From positions 1 to 64,000 of the forward strand of contig MEDY01000097.1 of NCBI GenBank assembly GCA_001724265.1: a DNA stretch of 64,000 nt, in the 5' to 3' direction. Numbering within the stretch: position 1 is the stretch's first letter; each line of letters starts with the position of its first letter. Made by a program: the position numbers and the translations under genes. This document shows, one piece after another, positions 1-12,000 of this stretch. This DNA comes from Rhizaria sp. SCN 62-66. Lineage: Eukaryota. The notes below the pieces were generated by a model. The model had not been told where the DNA came from and did no database searches. It worked only from the letters and a program-made list of their open reading frames with translations.

Positions 1-2411
1 CGCTGCGGCCGCCGGCGCTCGCCGACACGGGCGCGGCGCCGAGCGCGGCCAGCACGGCGAAGCGCTGTGACTTCTTGGGGGCCGCAGCGCGCCGCGCCGC
101 CGCCGCCGCGCGCGCCGCGGCCGTGCGCGCCGCCGCCGCGCGCGCCGCAGTGGTGGGTGCGAGCCAGGGTCGGTGGAAGAGGCGGCGCAGCGTGTGCTCC
201 GCCTCGGGCGGGTCGGCGTCGTCCTCGCGCAGCGGCGTGATGAGCTCGTACGGGAACACGCCCTCGGCCGTGTGGTGCAACGCAGTGGCAGGCACGCGCT
301 GCAGCACAACGACCTGGCAGTTTACCGGGTTCCACAGGCGGTGGAAACGCGACACAGGCCAGTGGAAGTACTTCATCAGCAGCAGCCGCAGCGTCATGCC
401 GTGGGTGACGATGACAACGTTGGGCGCCGCGTCGTTCTGCTCGATCGCGCGGTTGACCGTCTCCCAGAAGCCCGCGACGCGGTTGTAGACGTCAGAGCCC
501 GACTCGCCCTGCGGGAAGCGGTAGTAGAAGGCGCCGTAGTACTCGCGCTCGCGGCGGCATTTGGTGATGTCGGCGAGCCGCTGCAGGTTGCCGAAGTCCT
601 GTTCGCGGATGCGCGGGTCCTCGCGGATCACGATGCGCGGACAACTGTTCTCGTCCTCCTCCTCTTCCTCCTCCTCAACAACCTCCGCGTCGGCCGCCTC
701 CTGCTGGTCCTGCTCCTGCTCAGCGCCGCCAGCAGCAGCAGTGACGGCGCCGCCGTCGACTGCGCGGCGGGACGGACTGCGCGACTTGCCGCTGCGTACT
801 GCGCGGCCGCTGCCACTGCCGCTGCCGCTGCTGTTGCTGCGCCTGCGGCGCACGCTGAGCTCCTTGACCACGGCGTCAGCCGTCTGTCGCGCGCGCAGGT
901 AGGGCGAGCAGTAGACGTCGACGGCCTCGTTCTGGCCAATGAGCCCGCGCAGGAGCTGGCCCGCGCGGCGCGCCTGCGTGTAGCCTTTGGGAGTGATGGG
1001 CACCTGGGAGTCGGGGACGCGCTCGAACACGCTTTCGTCGACGTTGCCCCAGGCTTCGCCGTGTCGGATCAGGTAGATGCGCCGCGGGAACGGGTACAGC
1101 GCGTCGCCGCCGTTGTTGTGGTTGGCGCTGGCGCTGTCGCCGTCCGCGGCGGGGTTGGTGGGGCGCAGCGCGGAGCTAGTGCCGGGGCTGGTCATGTTGG
1201 GCCGCGGACTGGGGAAGCTGGTCGACAGGGCCAGGCCGCCCAGCGACGCGGCAGGGGCGAGGGTCGGCTCCGCGGCCGCCACAGCCCCGGCCCCGGCGGC
1301 GAGGGCGTGGTGCGCAGAAGCCGCGGCGAGAATCGCGTTGGTGCTGCCTTCCGCGGCGCTCACAGGGTCTGCGTCTGCAGCGTTGCTCGCGGGATAACCC
1401 TGAATCTGGCCGTCTCTGGCCGCGCCGCTCGCGCTAAAGCTTGCGAGAGCGTCGCTATTGTCGAGAGCACTATTCCCGGCGACGTTGTCGATGTTGCGAT
1501 CAAGGGCGTTGGACGACGGCGACGTGACCGCGTTACTATATGATGCGTTGGAGCCAGTGGCTGACTCGTCGAGCGACCTCAACGCGGCATCCAGCGCCCT
1601 CACACCGCCACCGGGGGCTTCGCCCTCGCCCTCAGTCTCCGCATCGGCAACGACCACGGGCGACGCCGGGTTCGATGAGGCGGCAGCGCCAGAAGAAGCA
1701 GCGTTTGACGAGGCGTTTGCATTAGCGCGGGAGCGGGGGTACTGCGAGCGCGGCTGGCGCAGTAGGGGCAGCAGCGCCATGCGGCCGCTGCCGGGCGTGC
1801 TGGCGCCGTTGCCCGCGCTGCTGCCGTTGCCGCCGTTGTTGTTGTCGGCGTAGGAGGAGGACGAGGTCTGGGTCGGCTCGTGGGAACGGAGGCCGAACGC
1901 GGGGGGCGCGACGGGGCCCGCAGCGGCGGCGGCCGGAGGCAGCGGCAGCGTCGAGGCGGTCTGTCCTAACGCAGAGCCGTCGCTCGACGACGAGAACGCC
2001 GAAGAGGAGTTGTGCGTGCGCGGGCAGTGCAGCGTTGACGGCGGACACGCTGGCGAGCGCAGTGACGACAGAGCGAACGAACCAGTTGCTGCGGGGGCGG
2101 CAACTGCCGCTGAAGAACAAGAAGGCAGCATAGAAGCAACGCGGGTAGCGACACGGGCGGATGCTGCGGCGGTGGAACGCATTGCTGCTTCCTGGGAGGT
2201 TTGGGAAGGGGCGGACAGGGTAGCTGGGGCCGAGAGCTTCCGCAAACGGACCGATGACTGAAAGCACGAAAAAGGCGTTGTAGCAACACAGGAACAGATT
2301 TCGGAAATGTAAGCATCATATTTACATGAAGAAAATACTAAAGTAGTCTTAAGTGCCGCTCAATAGGAACTTAAGGCGGTATTGTAGGACTGGTAACGGA
2401 TAAGCTACCAT
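1..2411 (-). CDS. Histidine phosphatase / phosphoglycerate-mutase-like protein (DET1-type), 3' end beyond the window
   Basis: Absent from the ORF track because it runs off the left edge. Manual minus-strand translation gives PRRIYLIRHGEAWGNVDESVFERVPDSQVPITPKG (RHG at 1066-1058), YGAFYYRFPQGESGSDVYNRV and VVIVTHGMTLRLLLMKYFHW. The frame is open upstream to 2359. Proposed model: ATG 2411-2409, intron 2408-2258 (GTAGCT...TTTCAG, phase 0), exon 2257 to <1. Alternative unspliced start ATG 2182. Long low-complexity N-terminus. Confidence 0.85.
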
Positions 2412-2870
2412 GGAGGAGATACGACACGCACGCAGATCTTTGAGACTGTGTCGAGACAAGATTTGCGCACTAAAAAGATCACCACAGAGAGAGCAATAAG
2501 ATTGACAAAAAGATCCGCGCAAGGTCAGTACGAGCACTTCCGCAGCAGTCTGTTTACGGTTGAGAACGCGTCAGATAAGTTGATCGATTGACGCCCACCA
2601 CACGTCCCTCTCAAACGCGACCGTGGTGGGACCCAAGTCACGCTGATGATATCAAAACAACGTCAATCTACCCCGCTCTGTCCGATACCTGATCTATAAC
2701 AACATCGTTCTGGTATAAATTTAAGTCTAAAATCTAAATTTCAAATTGATTTGCTTCAACGTTATATCTATCTCCTTTGATCAGGCTTCCCGAGTCCAAA
2801 TAGACCACGGTCTTCCAGACCTTTTGCTTCTGCATAACGGTCTCGCTCCACGCGACCCTGCGCGAGCCCT

Positions 2871-5800
2871 ATGCAGCGCTACCCTTCCGGCGCGGACACT
2901 AACGGCCAAGGCTACGATGGTGGCGCCCGCGTGGCGTCCCGGCGCTCCTTCGGCCCGTCCGAGCCCCCGCCGTCGTCTGCCTCTGCGTCCTCTCTTCTGA
3001 CCTCGACTTCCTCCTCGTCCTCCTTGTCGTCCGCCGCTGCGGGCCCCGGCGCGGGCTCGTCCTCTGCGCGCACCGCGGCGGCCCTCCGCGCGCTTGCGCA
3101 GTCGTCCGGCCGCGACTTCGTGCTCACTGGCGCCGCCCCGGCCCACCGCGCCCTGGCCGAGCACTCGTCCACGCTCGCGCGCCTGCTCGCAACACACGCA
3201 AGCGGCACCGGCGGCGCCGGCGCTGTCGGCGCGTCGGGCGGCAAGCGGCGCTCGCTGTCGGCGCGCGTGCGGCTGACGATGACGCGCGAGGTCGCCGCGC
3301 TGGTGCACGCCACGACGGGCTTCACAGCCGCGCTCGGGCTCCTGCTCGCCTCGCTCGCGCAGCCTCACGCGCAACATTCACGGCAGCAACAACACTCGCA
3401 GCAACACGCACAGCAGCAGCAGCAGGCGCCCCACGCGCTCCCCGCGTCGCTGCTGGCCGACGTGGCGCCCGCGCGCGCGTTCTGCGTCCTCTTCGTACAC
3501 ACCGTGTGTTCTCCCGCGCAGCCCGCGCCGCCGCTGCCCGCGCTGCTGCCGCCTGCGCCCTTCTACGCGTCCTACGCGGCATCCCCCGCCGCAGCCGCTG
3601 CCGCCGCGGCCGCCGTGTCCGCCGCGGCCGCCGACCTGTCCGCGCCGCTCGTCGCCGCGCCCTTCCGCCGTGCCGCGCTCGCTTTCGCGGCCCCCGCGGC
3701 GACCGAGGCCGCTGCACACGTCGCCGCAGCCGCGCTCGCCGACTGGGCGGCCTTCGCGGCGGCCTGCGCTGGCACCGCGGCGCGCGCGGCGGCGGCCGCG
3801 GCAGAGGCGCGTGCGCTCGCGCTACTCGACGAGGTCGGCCGCCTCGCCTCAGGCTCCGGCTCCGGCAATGGCGCAAGCGCAGACTTAGCCTCAGGTGCCA
3901 GTGCAGGCTCCAGTGCGAGCGCGGGCGGTAGAGGCGGCAAGTCAAGCCGCCGCACCGCAAACAACAACAACAGCAGTAGCAGCTCTAGTGCGAGCGCGAG
4001 TGCGGGTGAAGGCGGCGTGTGTGCTGCGTTGGGCGCTGCTGTTGAGGCGTTGGAGACGGCCGCCGAGACGCTGACGGCCGTGGCCGCGCGCGCCGCTGTT
4101 GCGGCTGCCGTTGATGCCGCCGCCGCCGAGGCCGCCGCCGCCGCCGCCGAGGCTGCTGCCGCCGCTGCCGCTGCGGAGTCCAGTCCGAGCAAGGGCGGTC
4201 GCGCGCGCGGCCGCGGCCGTAAGAGCAGCAGCGCTAATAGTAGCAGCAACAGCAGCAGCAGCAACTGGGGCAAGAGCAGCGACACGATGTGGCTCGGCGA
4301 CACGGACCCTTGGGAGGACGCCGCCGCCGCCGCCGCCGCCGCGGTCGCCGCGGCCTCCCCTGCCGGCGCCGTCTCACTGCCCGCGAGCGCTAGTAACAGC
4401 AGCGCCGCGGCGTCCGTGGCGAGCACTGTGCGCAGCAGCGGCAGCAGCGGCAGCTACAACAGCAACAGCAGCAGCGCCGGCGTCAGCGCCGGCGTCGTCA
4501 AGCGGGGTGTTGCGCGTCATGGCCGCCATGGCCGTGAAGATGACGACGACGGCGCTGAGAACAGTGGCAGCGGCAGCGGCAGCGACGATGACCGCAAGCA
4601 CGACGACGCCGGCGCCGCTGTGAGCGAGGAGGAAGAGGAGGAGCAGGACGAGATGCGGCGCGCCAACTTCGGCTTCAACGCGCTCGGCGGCGGCAGCAGT
4701 GCCCGCTACAGAGGCGGTGGCAACAACTCAGTGCGTCGCCGCAACGCTGCCGGCAACAACGACGGAAACGCCGACGACGCCTCCACCGAAGGTCAGCAGC
4801 AGCAACAGCAACAGCAGCAGCAGCGCCTGCTGCTGCAGCAGCGCGCGCGCACTTCCCGCTCGGCGGCGGCGTTGGCGCTCGAGACGCGCGACGCCGAGGA
4901 GCGCGCACAGCTGTACTCGCAGCTGGGCCGCGACGTGGCGTGCGCGCGCGACGCCTTCGCGCAGCTGCAGCTGCTCGCGCTGCAGCAGGGCGATACAGTC
5001 GACAGCATCGAGAGTGAGGCCTCGGCCACGCGCGCGCGCGCCACCGAGGCCCGCCGCGAGGTCGTCAAGGCCGCACGCAGGCACCGCCACCCGCTCGCGC
5101 TCGCGGGCGGCGTCCTGGGCCTTGCACTGGCGGGTCCCGCGGCCGTCGTCGCGCTGGGGCTCAAGCTGGGCATCGCGGTCGGACTCGGCTCGGCGTTCGT
5201 CGGCGGCGTCGTCGGTGACCGCGTGGCGGGTGCTGTGGCGCGAAGCAATGCGCGCGCGGGGCTCAATCTCTCGCAGGATCACCCGCCGCGCGCGCAGTTG
5301 CTGCCCCCGTTGCGGGCGAGGCCCGAGTCGTCCGACAGCAAGACTGCGGCCGCAGCCGACGGCGGCGGCGGCGTGGACGGCGACTGGGGACGCGGGGGCG
5401 CGGCGCGGCGGATCCCGCGCGCGTTCAGCATCAACAACAGCGACGACGACGACGCGCGCCCGCCGTCCCCGCGCTCCGCCGCCGCCGCCGCCGCGATCCT
5501 GCAGCAGCAGCAGCAGCCGCCGCAGCAGTTGCCCGACGCCGAGGGCCCGTCGCGCGCCGGTGGGTACTTAGAGCGGCTGCGTTTCGCGCTTAGGGGCTGC
5601 GTGGCGGACTCGGCGCTGGATGAGGAGCGCGAGCGCGCGGCCGCCGAGGCCGAGACCGAGGTTGAGGAGGCCGCTGCCGCCGCGACGGCCGCGGCCGCGG
5701 AGGCCGTCAGCTCGCAGGATTTGCATCACGGCGGCCGCGGCTGGCTCGGCGCGCGCGTTAACAGGAACATCAGCAGCAGCAACGGCCACGGCGACGGTCG

Positions 5801-6175
5801 CGGCCGCGGTGGTGTTGATGCTGAGCCCGCTGCGGTACTCGTGACGAGTAGACACGGCGAGCTCTTCCGCCGGCAGTCGCGCGAAGACGCCAACAGCGTC
5901 GCTGCGACCGAGTCGCAGGCGCAGTGGCAGTGGGGCTTACCTGTTTCTGCCTCGGGCTCGATGCCCACCGCCAACGAACCCCTCTCGAAGCAACAGCTCC
6001 AGCAGCGCGCTCAACAGCAGCAGCAGCAACAACAGGCTCAGACACAGGGCCAGGGCGCGCAGCCGTCTCCGAGCGAGAGCGTGTCTGACCCCGAGGACTC
6101 GCCGTGGGGCGCGGTCTCGCCCTGGGACCGCCCGCTGCCGCCGCAGCGCGCACAACAGCAAGCGCAAGCGCAAGC

Positions 6176-6207
<32 letters not shown>

Positions 6208-7553
6208 CTCAGCAGCAGCAACAGCAGCAACAACAGCAGGCTGCTTGCGAACAGGGTCGCCGCCGCCGCCGTCCGCCCGCGGTGACCAAGAGCATCGTCT
6301 TCGACCCCGACCGCGACCTCGAGCCTGAGCATGACCAAAACAGAGACAACGACCGTGGTCATGAGCGTGAGCGTGAGCGTGAGCGTGAGCGGATGACTGT
6401 GGGCAGCGCCGGCGCCGATAACTCAGAGCCCTACCTGCGGCCGCACTCGCGCAGTACGTATGCCGACGCTGACGCGCACGACTACGACAGCCACAGCTAT
6501 CTCAACAGTCTCGCTCGCGGCAGCAGCGTTAGCGGCAGCAGCAACACGGCGGGCAGCAAGGCCGCCGCGGTTGCTGCGCGCGCGCGGGCGCAAAAGGCCG
6601 CCGCAGCCGCCGCTGCCGCCACCGCGGCGTCGTCGTCGCGCCCCGGCTTCGCGCCGAGTGACCGTGAGCGGGGTGACCGTGAGCGCGACGAGGACGAGGT
6701 CGACGTGTCGCTGCTGCGCCACCCGCAGTCGCCCGCCACGCCCCTCTCGCACGGCGCCAAGTTGAGCTCTGGCCTCCACGTGCACGCCGCGGGCGCAACC
6801 GCAGGCCGCTCTGCGGCGGCCGCGGCTGTGCCCAAGGTGGTGCTTGCAAGCAACGGCAACGGCAACGGCAAGGGTGACGGCGACGGCGACGGGGACGGCG
6901 ACAGCGACGACGACCGTGACGCTAGTGAGGACGTGGACTCGTCTTTCGCGTGGGGCCGTCTCCTGGGCGCCACTAACACCGCTAAACCCTCTGCTGCTGT
7001 CCCCGCCGCTGCCATTCCCGCTGCAGTTCCTGTTGCTGCGCGTGCTTCTGCGCCCGCGCCGATGACTGCGCCTGCTGCTGCGGTTCCAGCGACTGTGTCC
7101 GGCGGGCGCCGCAACTGGGGCTCTTCGCAGCTCCTCTCCGCCCCGACTGCGCCCCCCGCGTCCGCCGCCGCCGCCGCCGCTGGCACGACTGGCACTGGCA
7201 CTGCGTCGCTGCTAACCGGCGGTGGACTGGGCTCTCTGTTCGACTTCGGCCCCGCCTCGGCGTTGGATCTGGCTGCGCTGGGGGACCGCGTCAAGAGCTC
7301 CGTCTCGCTCGCGGCGTCCACAGTCTCTTCTTCGGTCTCCTCGGCCGTGTCGGGGCTCTCGGCGGCCGCGGCGTCGGCGTCGGCCGAGCTCGCCTCGGGC
7401 TCGGGCGTGCGCGCGCAGGGGCTGGTGTTTGCACCGCGCGAGCAGTTGCGCCAGCAGCAGCAACAGCAGCAGCAGTACCAGCAGCAGCCGCAGCAGGGGC
7501 AGTACGGCACGGTGTACAAGACGGGGCAGTTCGACTCCACGGAGATGCTTTAA
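2871..7553 (+). CDS. STX17: Syntaxin-17-like Qa-SNARE with very long low-complexity extensions (1560 aa)
   Basis: SNARE coil QLGRDVACARDAFAQLQLLALQQGDTVDSIESEASATRARATEARREVVKAARR (about 4910-5085) followed by two Gly-rich hydrophobic segments split by a Lys (LALAGGVLGLALAGPAAVVALGL-K-LGIAVGLGSAFVGGVVG), the STX17 hairpin arrangement. Stop TAA. Confidence 0.7.
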
Positions 7554-9903
7554 GCGTGTCTGTGAGCAGCATGTGAGTGACTATGAGTCACACGGCTCTT
7601 GTTCGCATTCCGTGAACTTTTTTGAATCGTCTTTAACGAATATTTATGAATTGAATACAATGGTTTACATTAGAATCAATCGCGTATTGCTGTAGTTTGG
7701 GTGATAGGTGATTAGTTTATGATTTGATAGGATACGTAAAGGAACATAACAGACTGAAAAGAGAACATACAGAAAAGACGACTTGCATTAAAGAGATTGT
7801 ACTTCATTCTTTACTTTTTCACAATATAATTTGGCAATGGATAAGGCATACTGCTTAATTTTTGAGATTAAGGGAACGTTAGATTGTGTGGAGAAAAAGA
7901 GATCGGTGCGAAGATGAAGGTGTTGTTGTGAGGGATCGAATGAGAGCTTGTTGATTGAGCTGATGGTGACGCTGTTTTTGATGTCATGGTAACGTAATGC
8001 TGGTGTCGTCGTCGTCGTGCTCATTGCTTTACTGTGCGCGCTCGCACGTGTCGCAGCGGCGGCGCGAAGCCACACCACCGGGCTCTCCTCTTGCCCGCCC
8101 TCACTCAGCAAGTGCGCAATTAATGAGCACTGGACGATGAGATTAGACTGTGAGCACTAGGGGCGAGCGAGTGCCCGAGCGGTGGCGACTGCGCCGCAAG
8201 AAAACACACGCAATGCACCAGAGAAGCAAGATAACAACCAGAAAGGTCACATTGCGTGAGAATGCGTGCGTGAGAACTTAACAGCGACGGCAAAGCGAGA
8301 CACAGACAAGCGAAAGGGGAAAACCAAGCCAAACGAAGCAAAAACGGATTAGCAAAGGTGGCGAGAACTAAGGACGACAAACAATAACAAACAGTGTGAC
8401 TAGTACGTAACAAGATAGCGACACGTGCACACAACACACGCTCCTCAAATTTGCCTCTGACTCTTGCACAACAACTGTGACGCAACAACATTATTGTTTG
8501 CGTCGCTCGAGAGAGCTTCAATATTAAACATACGATTAACTACATTTTGATTTTTTGATTATTTTGATTGAAATATTGTTCTAGTTGGTTTTTGTAGCTT
8601 GAAAAAGAGAGCAAAGATGACAAACAAAGAGCATCCTTCTCCGCACACACCGTGACTCTAGGACTCAATCCACTCACTTTGCTCTCACTGCCTCGCACTC
8701 ACGTGCACAGGGCTCAAAAGGGGGCGGAACCCAGGGACTCTTGCGAATCGACGCTGAGAATGCAGTCCCCCCGGTCTCGTTCGTTCGTCGCGGAGCTGAC
8801 GACACTGCACAAGACAGCTGCCAACAGATGAACTGCAATAACAGTCACACAGTCGCAGTTGCAGTCGCAGTTTGTAGTCACGTTGCAGTGAGAGTTACAC
8901 GAAGAACAACTGTGGGCGTGCTTGATTTGCAAAACAAGCTAAAAAAACAAGCCTGAAAAGATGCAAGCAAACAAGCAGCACACAGAAAAGCTAGAGTGCA
9001 CACGATCGAGATCGCAAGCGCATATTTGTAAATATACAGAAGACGAGAGGTGGGTGAGGAAACATGCGCGTGCCGACAAGACAGGAACGCCGAGAGACTC
9101 TGAGAGAAAAACGTGTGAGAGAGGGGCGCAGAACCGCCTGTGCTGCGCTGCTGACTGCGTTTACACTGGATCGTGATGTTAGCAGCGACAAATGACAGTG
9201 CTGGAGTTAGTGCAAGCTGCAGCGACAGTGGCAGCGATGTTGGCCGTTGATCACACCGTGCGACGACAAACGCGACAGCGCAGCGCAGTGCACTGCAGCG
9301 ATGACGCGTAGGCCACACGTGAACGCAGAGTTAGATTGAGGCGACGATAAGATGACAGACTTGAAGAGACAGGTTGAGACTGCCGGAAGCAAGACAAAGC
9401 GAATCAGAGCAATGCACATGATTACCGTTCATTCAACCATCGCAGTGATGTTAGCATTCAGATTTCAATCATTACCAACGTATCATAAATGCCGATGCCG
9501 TCATCGCTGGGCCGTTCTCATACTCGCACTCGCGGTGATAGCCGCAGACACAGACAGAGTGGGTTGCGGTTCACAGCGCGAGTGCGTGGCCCGGAGCGCA
9601 AGCGAAGGGTGCGGAGGTGGTAGTACGACAACTTAAGAGAACAGTCAAGAGCACAGGAAAGGGCAGAGGGCAAGAAACACAAGACAAACGAGACCAATAA
9701 ACAGAGAAAACAGCGTTGCTGAAAGACGAACTCGATCATATGAGTGCATCAAGCAGCAAGGTAGGCAGAGAAGTTAAAAGAAACACGCACTTGACACGTC
9801 AACAGTTAAAAGAGAGAGAATGAAAAAGCAAGAGACAACAGCGCCGCGATTTCACGCTGCACTGTTAAATCCCACCAATCTTGTACAATCTCGATTTCGC
9901 GGC

Positions 9904-12000
9904 TCACATAATGGTGCAGCACGTGTTGCCCTGGCTGACCTGCGAGGCCGCGGGGCGGTCCTGCGGCGCAAACTTCTCGAAGTTCCTGTTCTCGTCGGCC
10001 TTCTCCATCACCGACACAAGCTCCTCCTGCAGCGCGTAGAGCGAGACATAGCCGAAGTTCTGCACACGCAGCTTGAACTTGTCGTCGAGCTTGATGTGGC
10101 GGTACTTGGCCTTGTCGAAGTCGCCGATGTCGCGCAGCGACGCCGCGTTGACGTCGAAGCGGTTGGGCACGAACGGCGGGTCGATGTACCCGGCCTCGAG
10201 CAGCCCCCAGTCGATGGAGGAGAAGAAGCGGTGCTCCTTGATCTCCTCGATGCCGCGTTCGCCGCAGCCCAGGCGCAGCTCAGGCTTCTTCTGCAGCATG
10301 CCCGACAGCAGATGGATGGCGTCGCGCGAGAAGACGTCCGTGGGAAAAATAGGCTTCTTCTCAATCACGGCCTTGTCCAGGTCGGCCTCGGTCTTGCCCT
10401 TGAACGGCTTGGACCCGCACAGCATGCGGTAGAGCATGACGCCGTAGGAGAAGATGTCCGTCGCCGTGCCGTAAGGCCGGTTCTTGATCATCTCGGGCGA
10501 CGTGTACCCGGGCGTGCCGGCGTAGCCCTTGATCTTGACCGAGGTCATGACCGCCAGACCGAGGTCGGAGAGGCGGCAGTGGCCGTGGTGGTCCAACAGC
10601 ACGTTCTCCAGCTTCATGTCGCGGTAGATGGTCTGCTTCGAGTGCACGTGCTCCAGCCCCAGCAGAACCTGTGCGGCGTAAAACCGCGCGCGCTTCTCAG
10701 AGAACTTGCCCGCGTTGATGAGGTGGAACTTGAGGTCGCCGCCGAGCATGAGGTCCATGATGAAGTACAAGTTGTCTTCGTCCTGGAGCGCGTACTTGAG
10801 GTTGGTCACAAAGCTCGAGCTCATCATCGTCAGCACATTGCGCTCCTCGAGGATGTTGTCGAGTGCTGTCTTGACCTTAACGAGCTTCTTGTTAACGCAC
10901 TTCATGGCGTAGATAGAACCCGAGTTGGTCTTGCGGCACGCGTGCACGGCGCCGAAGCCGCCGCGGCCGAGCACGCGGAACGTGCTGAAGTCGCGCACTG
11001 ACACCTTGACAGTCTCGATGAACTTGCACCGGATGTACCGCTTGTAGAACTCGCTCTTGCAGAAGCGCGGGAACACGTCAAACTTGAGGTCGTTGAGCAC
11101 GTCCTGCGCCACTTCATCGAACAGGTTCTTGGGGGCTTCGCCGCGCAACACGCGCTCTTTGACGGCATCGACAGAGCGCCCGTACACGCCGATGGGGTTG
11201 TTCGCGGGCCCGATCAGCAGCATCGACGAGGGCGTCTCGGTGTACCGCTTGCCCGCGGGCGGCAGCTCGAGGCGCCCCGCGCTGGCGCTGTTTCCACCGC
11301 CGACGCCGGAGCCGCCCGAGCCCGCGGCGCCAGAGCCCAGAGACGTGCTCACGTCGGTTTTGTCGCCGCCAGAGCGGCCGCCGCCGCCGCCGCCGCTGCC
11401 GTCGCCGTCGCCGCTGAGGTTGCTGCCTGCGCCCGCCGCGCCGGCGCCGCGCCCGCGGCTGTGCGCGTTCTTCTGCTCGTCGCCGGCGCCGCCCTGTCCG
11501 CCCGCGGCGGCGCCGGGGGCCGTGCCGCCGGCCGCGTTGGAGTTGGACCCCGCGCCGCCGCCCTGGGCCTGCGCCGCGGCGCCCGCCTTGTTCTGCTGGT
11601 GGATGAGCTGGAAGACCGAGGACGCCTTGGCGAAGGCATACTGATCCCGGTCCTCCTGCGCCACGAAGCGCTGGTAGAGCAGCTTGGCGACGCGCTGGCG
11701 GGCCGACTCGAAGCGCATGGCGCGGTAGGCCTCGACGTCCTTGATGAAGATGGCGCGCTCGACCGAGTAGTCGCTGACGAGGAACGTCTTGAGCGAGTAG
11801 AAGCCGCACGGCTCGTGGAACACGCGGTCAAACGTGATCGCGCCCGAAGCGATGAGCTGCGCCTCGAGCTCGCGGAGCTCTTCGTACGGAGGGAGCTGAT
11901 TGAGCATCTCGAGCGAGACGCCCTTCTCTTCGACGGCCTTGAGGTACGCCGAGTTTTCAGCGATCTCCTCGATGTCCTCGAAAATGCCTTCGTCCAACAT
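9904..12000 (-). CDS. GRK: G protein-coupled receptor kinase (RGS-homology domain + AGC kinase, C-terminal CaaX)
   Basis: GRK-type N-terminal helix EDIEEIAENSAYLKA, RGS-like domain (FIKDVEAYR...DVFPRFCKSEFYKRY), kinase motifs GRGGFG, YAMK, YRDMKLEN, GRK-typical DLG, GTPGY, tail PPFVPNRFDVNAASLRDIGDF, ends CCTIM. Stop TGA. Confidence 0.93.
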   Translation of the reverse strand: MLDEGIFEDIEEIAENSAYLKAVEEKGVSLEMLNQLPPYEELRELEAQLIASGAITFDRVFHEPCGFYSLKTFLVSDYSVERAIFIKDVEAYRAMRFESARQRVAKLLYQRFVAQEDRDQYAFAKASSVFQLIHQQNKAGAAAQAQGGGAGSNSNAAGGTAPGAAAGGQGGAGDEQKNAHSRGRGAGAAGAGSNLSGDGDGSGGGGGGRSGGDKTDVSTSLGSGAAGSGGSGVGGGNSASAGRLELPPAGKRYTETPSSMLLIGPANNPIGVYGRSVDAVKERVLRGEAPKNLFDEVAQDVLNDLKFDVFPRFCKSEFYKRYIRCKFIETVKVSVRDFSTFRVLGRGGFGAVHACRKTNSGSIYAMKCVNKKLVKVKTALDNILEERNVLTMMSSSFVTNLKYALQDEDNLYFIMDLMLGGDLKFHLINAGKFSEKRARFYAAQVLLGLEHVHSKQTIYRDMKLENVLLDHHGHCRLSDLGLAVMTSVKIKGYAGTPGYTSPEMIKNRPYGTATDIFSYGVMLYRMLCGSKPFKGKTEADLDKAVIEKKPIFPTDVFSRDAIHLLSGMLQKKPELRLGCGERGIEEIKEHRFFSSIDWGLLEAGYIDPPFVPNRFDVNAASLRDIGDFDKAKYRHIKLDDKFKLRVQNFGYVSLYALQEELVSVMEKADENRNFEKFAPQDRPAASQVSQGNTCCTIM

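Noticed and set aside
173-1543. 456-aa plus-strand ORF
   Set aside because: Codon-aligned antisense shadow of the minus-strand histidine phosphatase; no motifs of its own.
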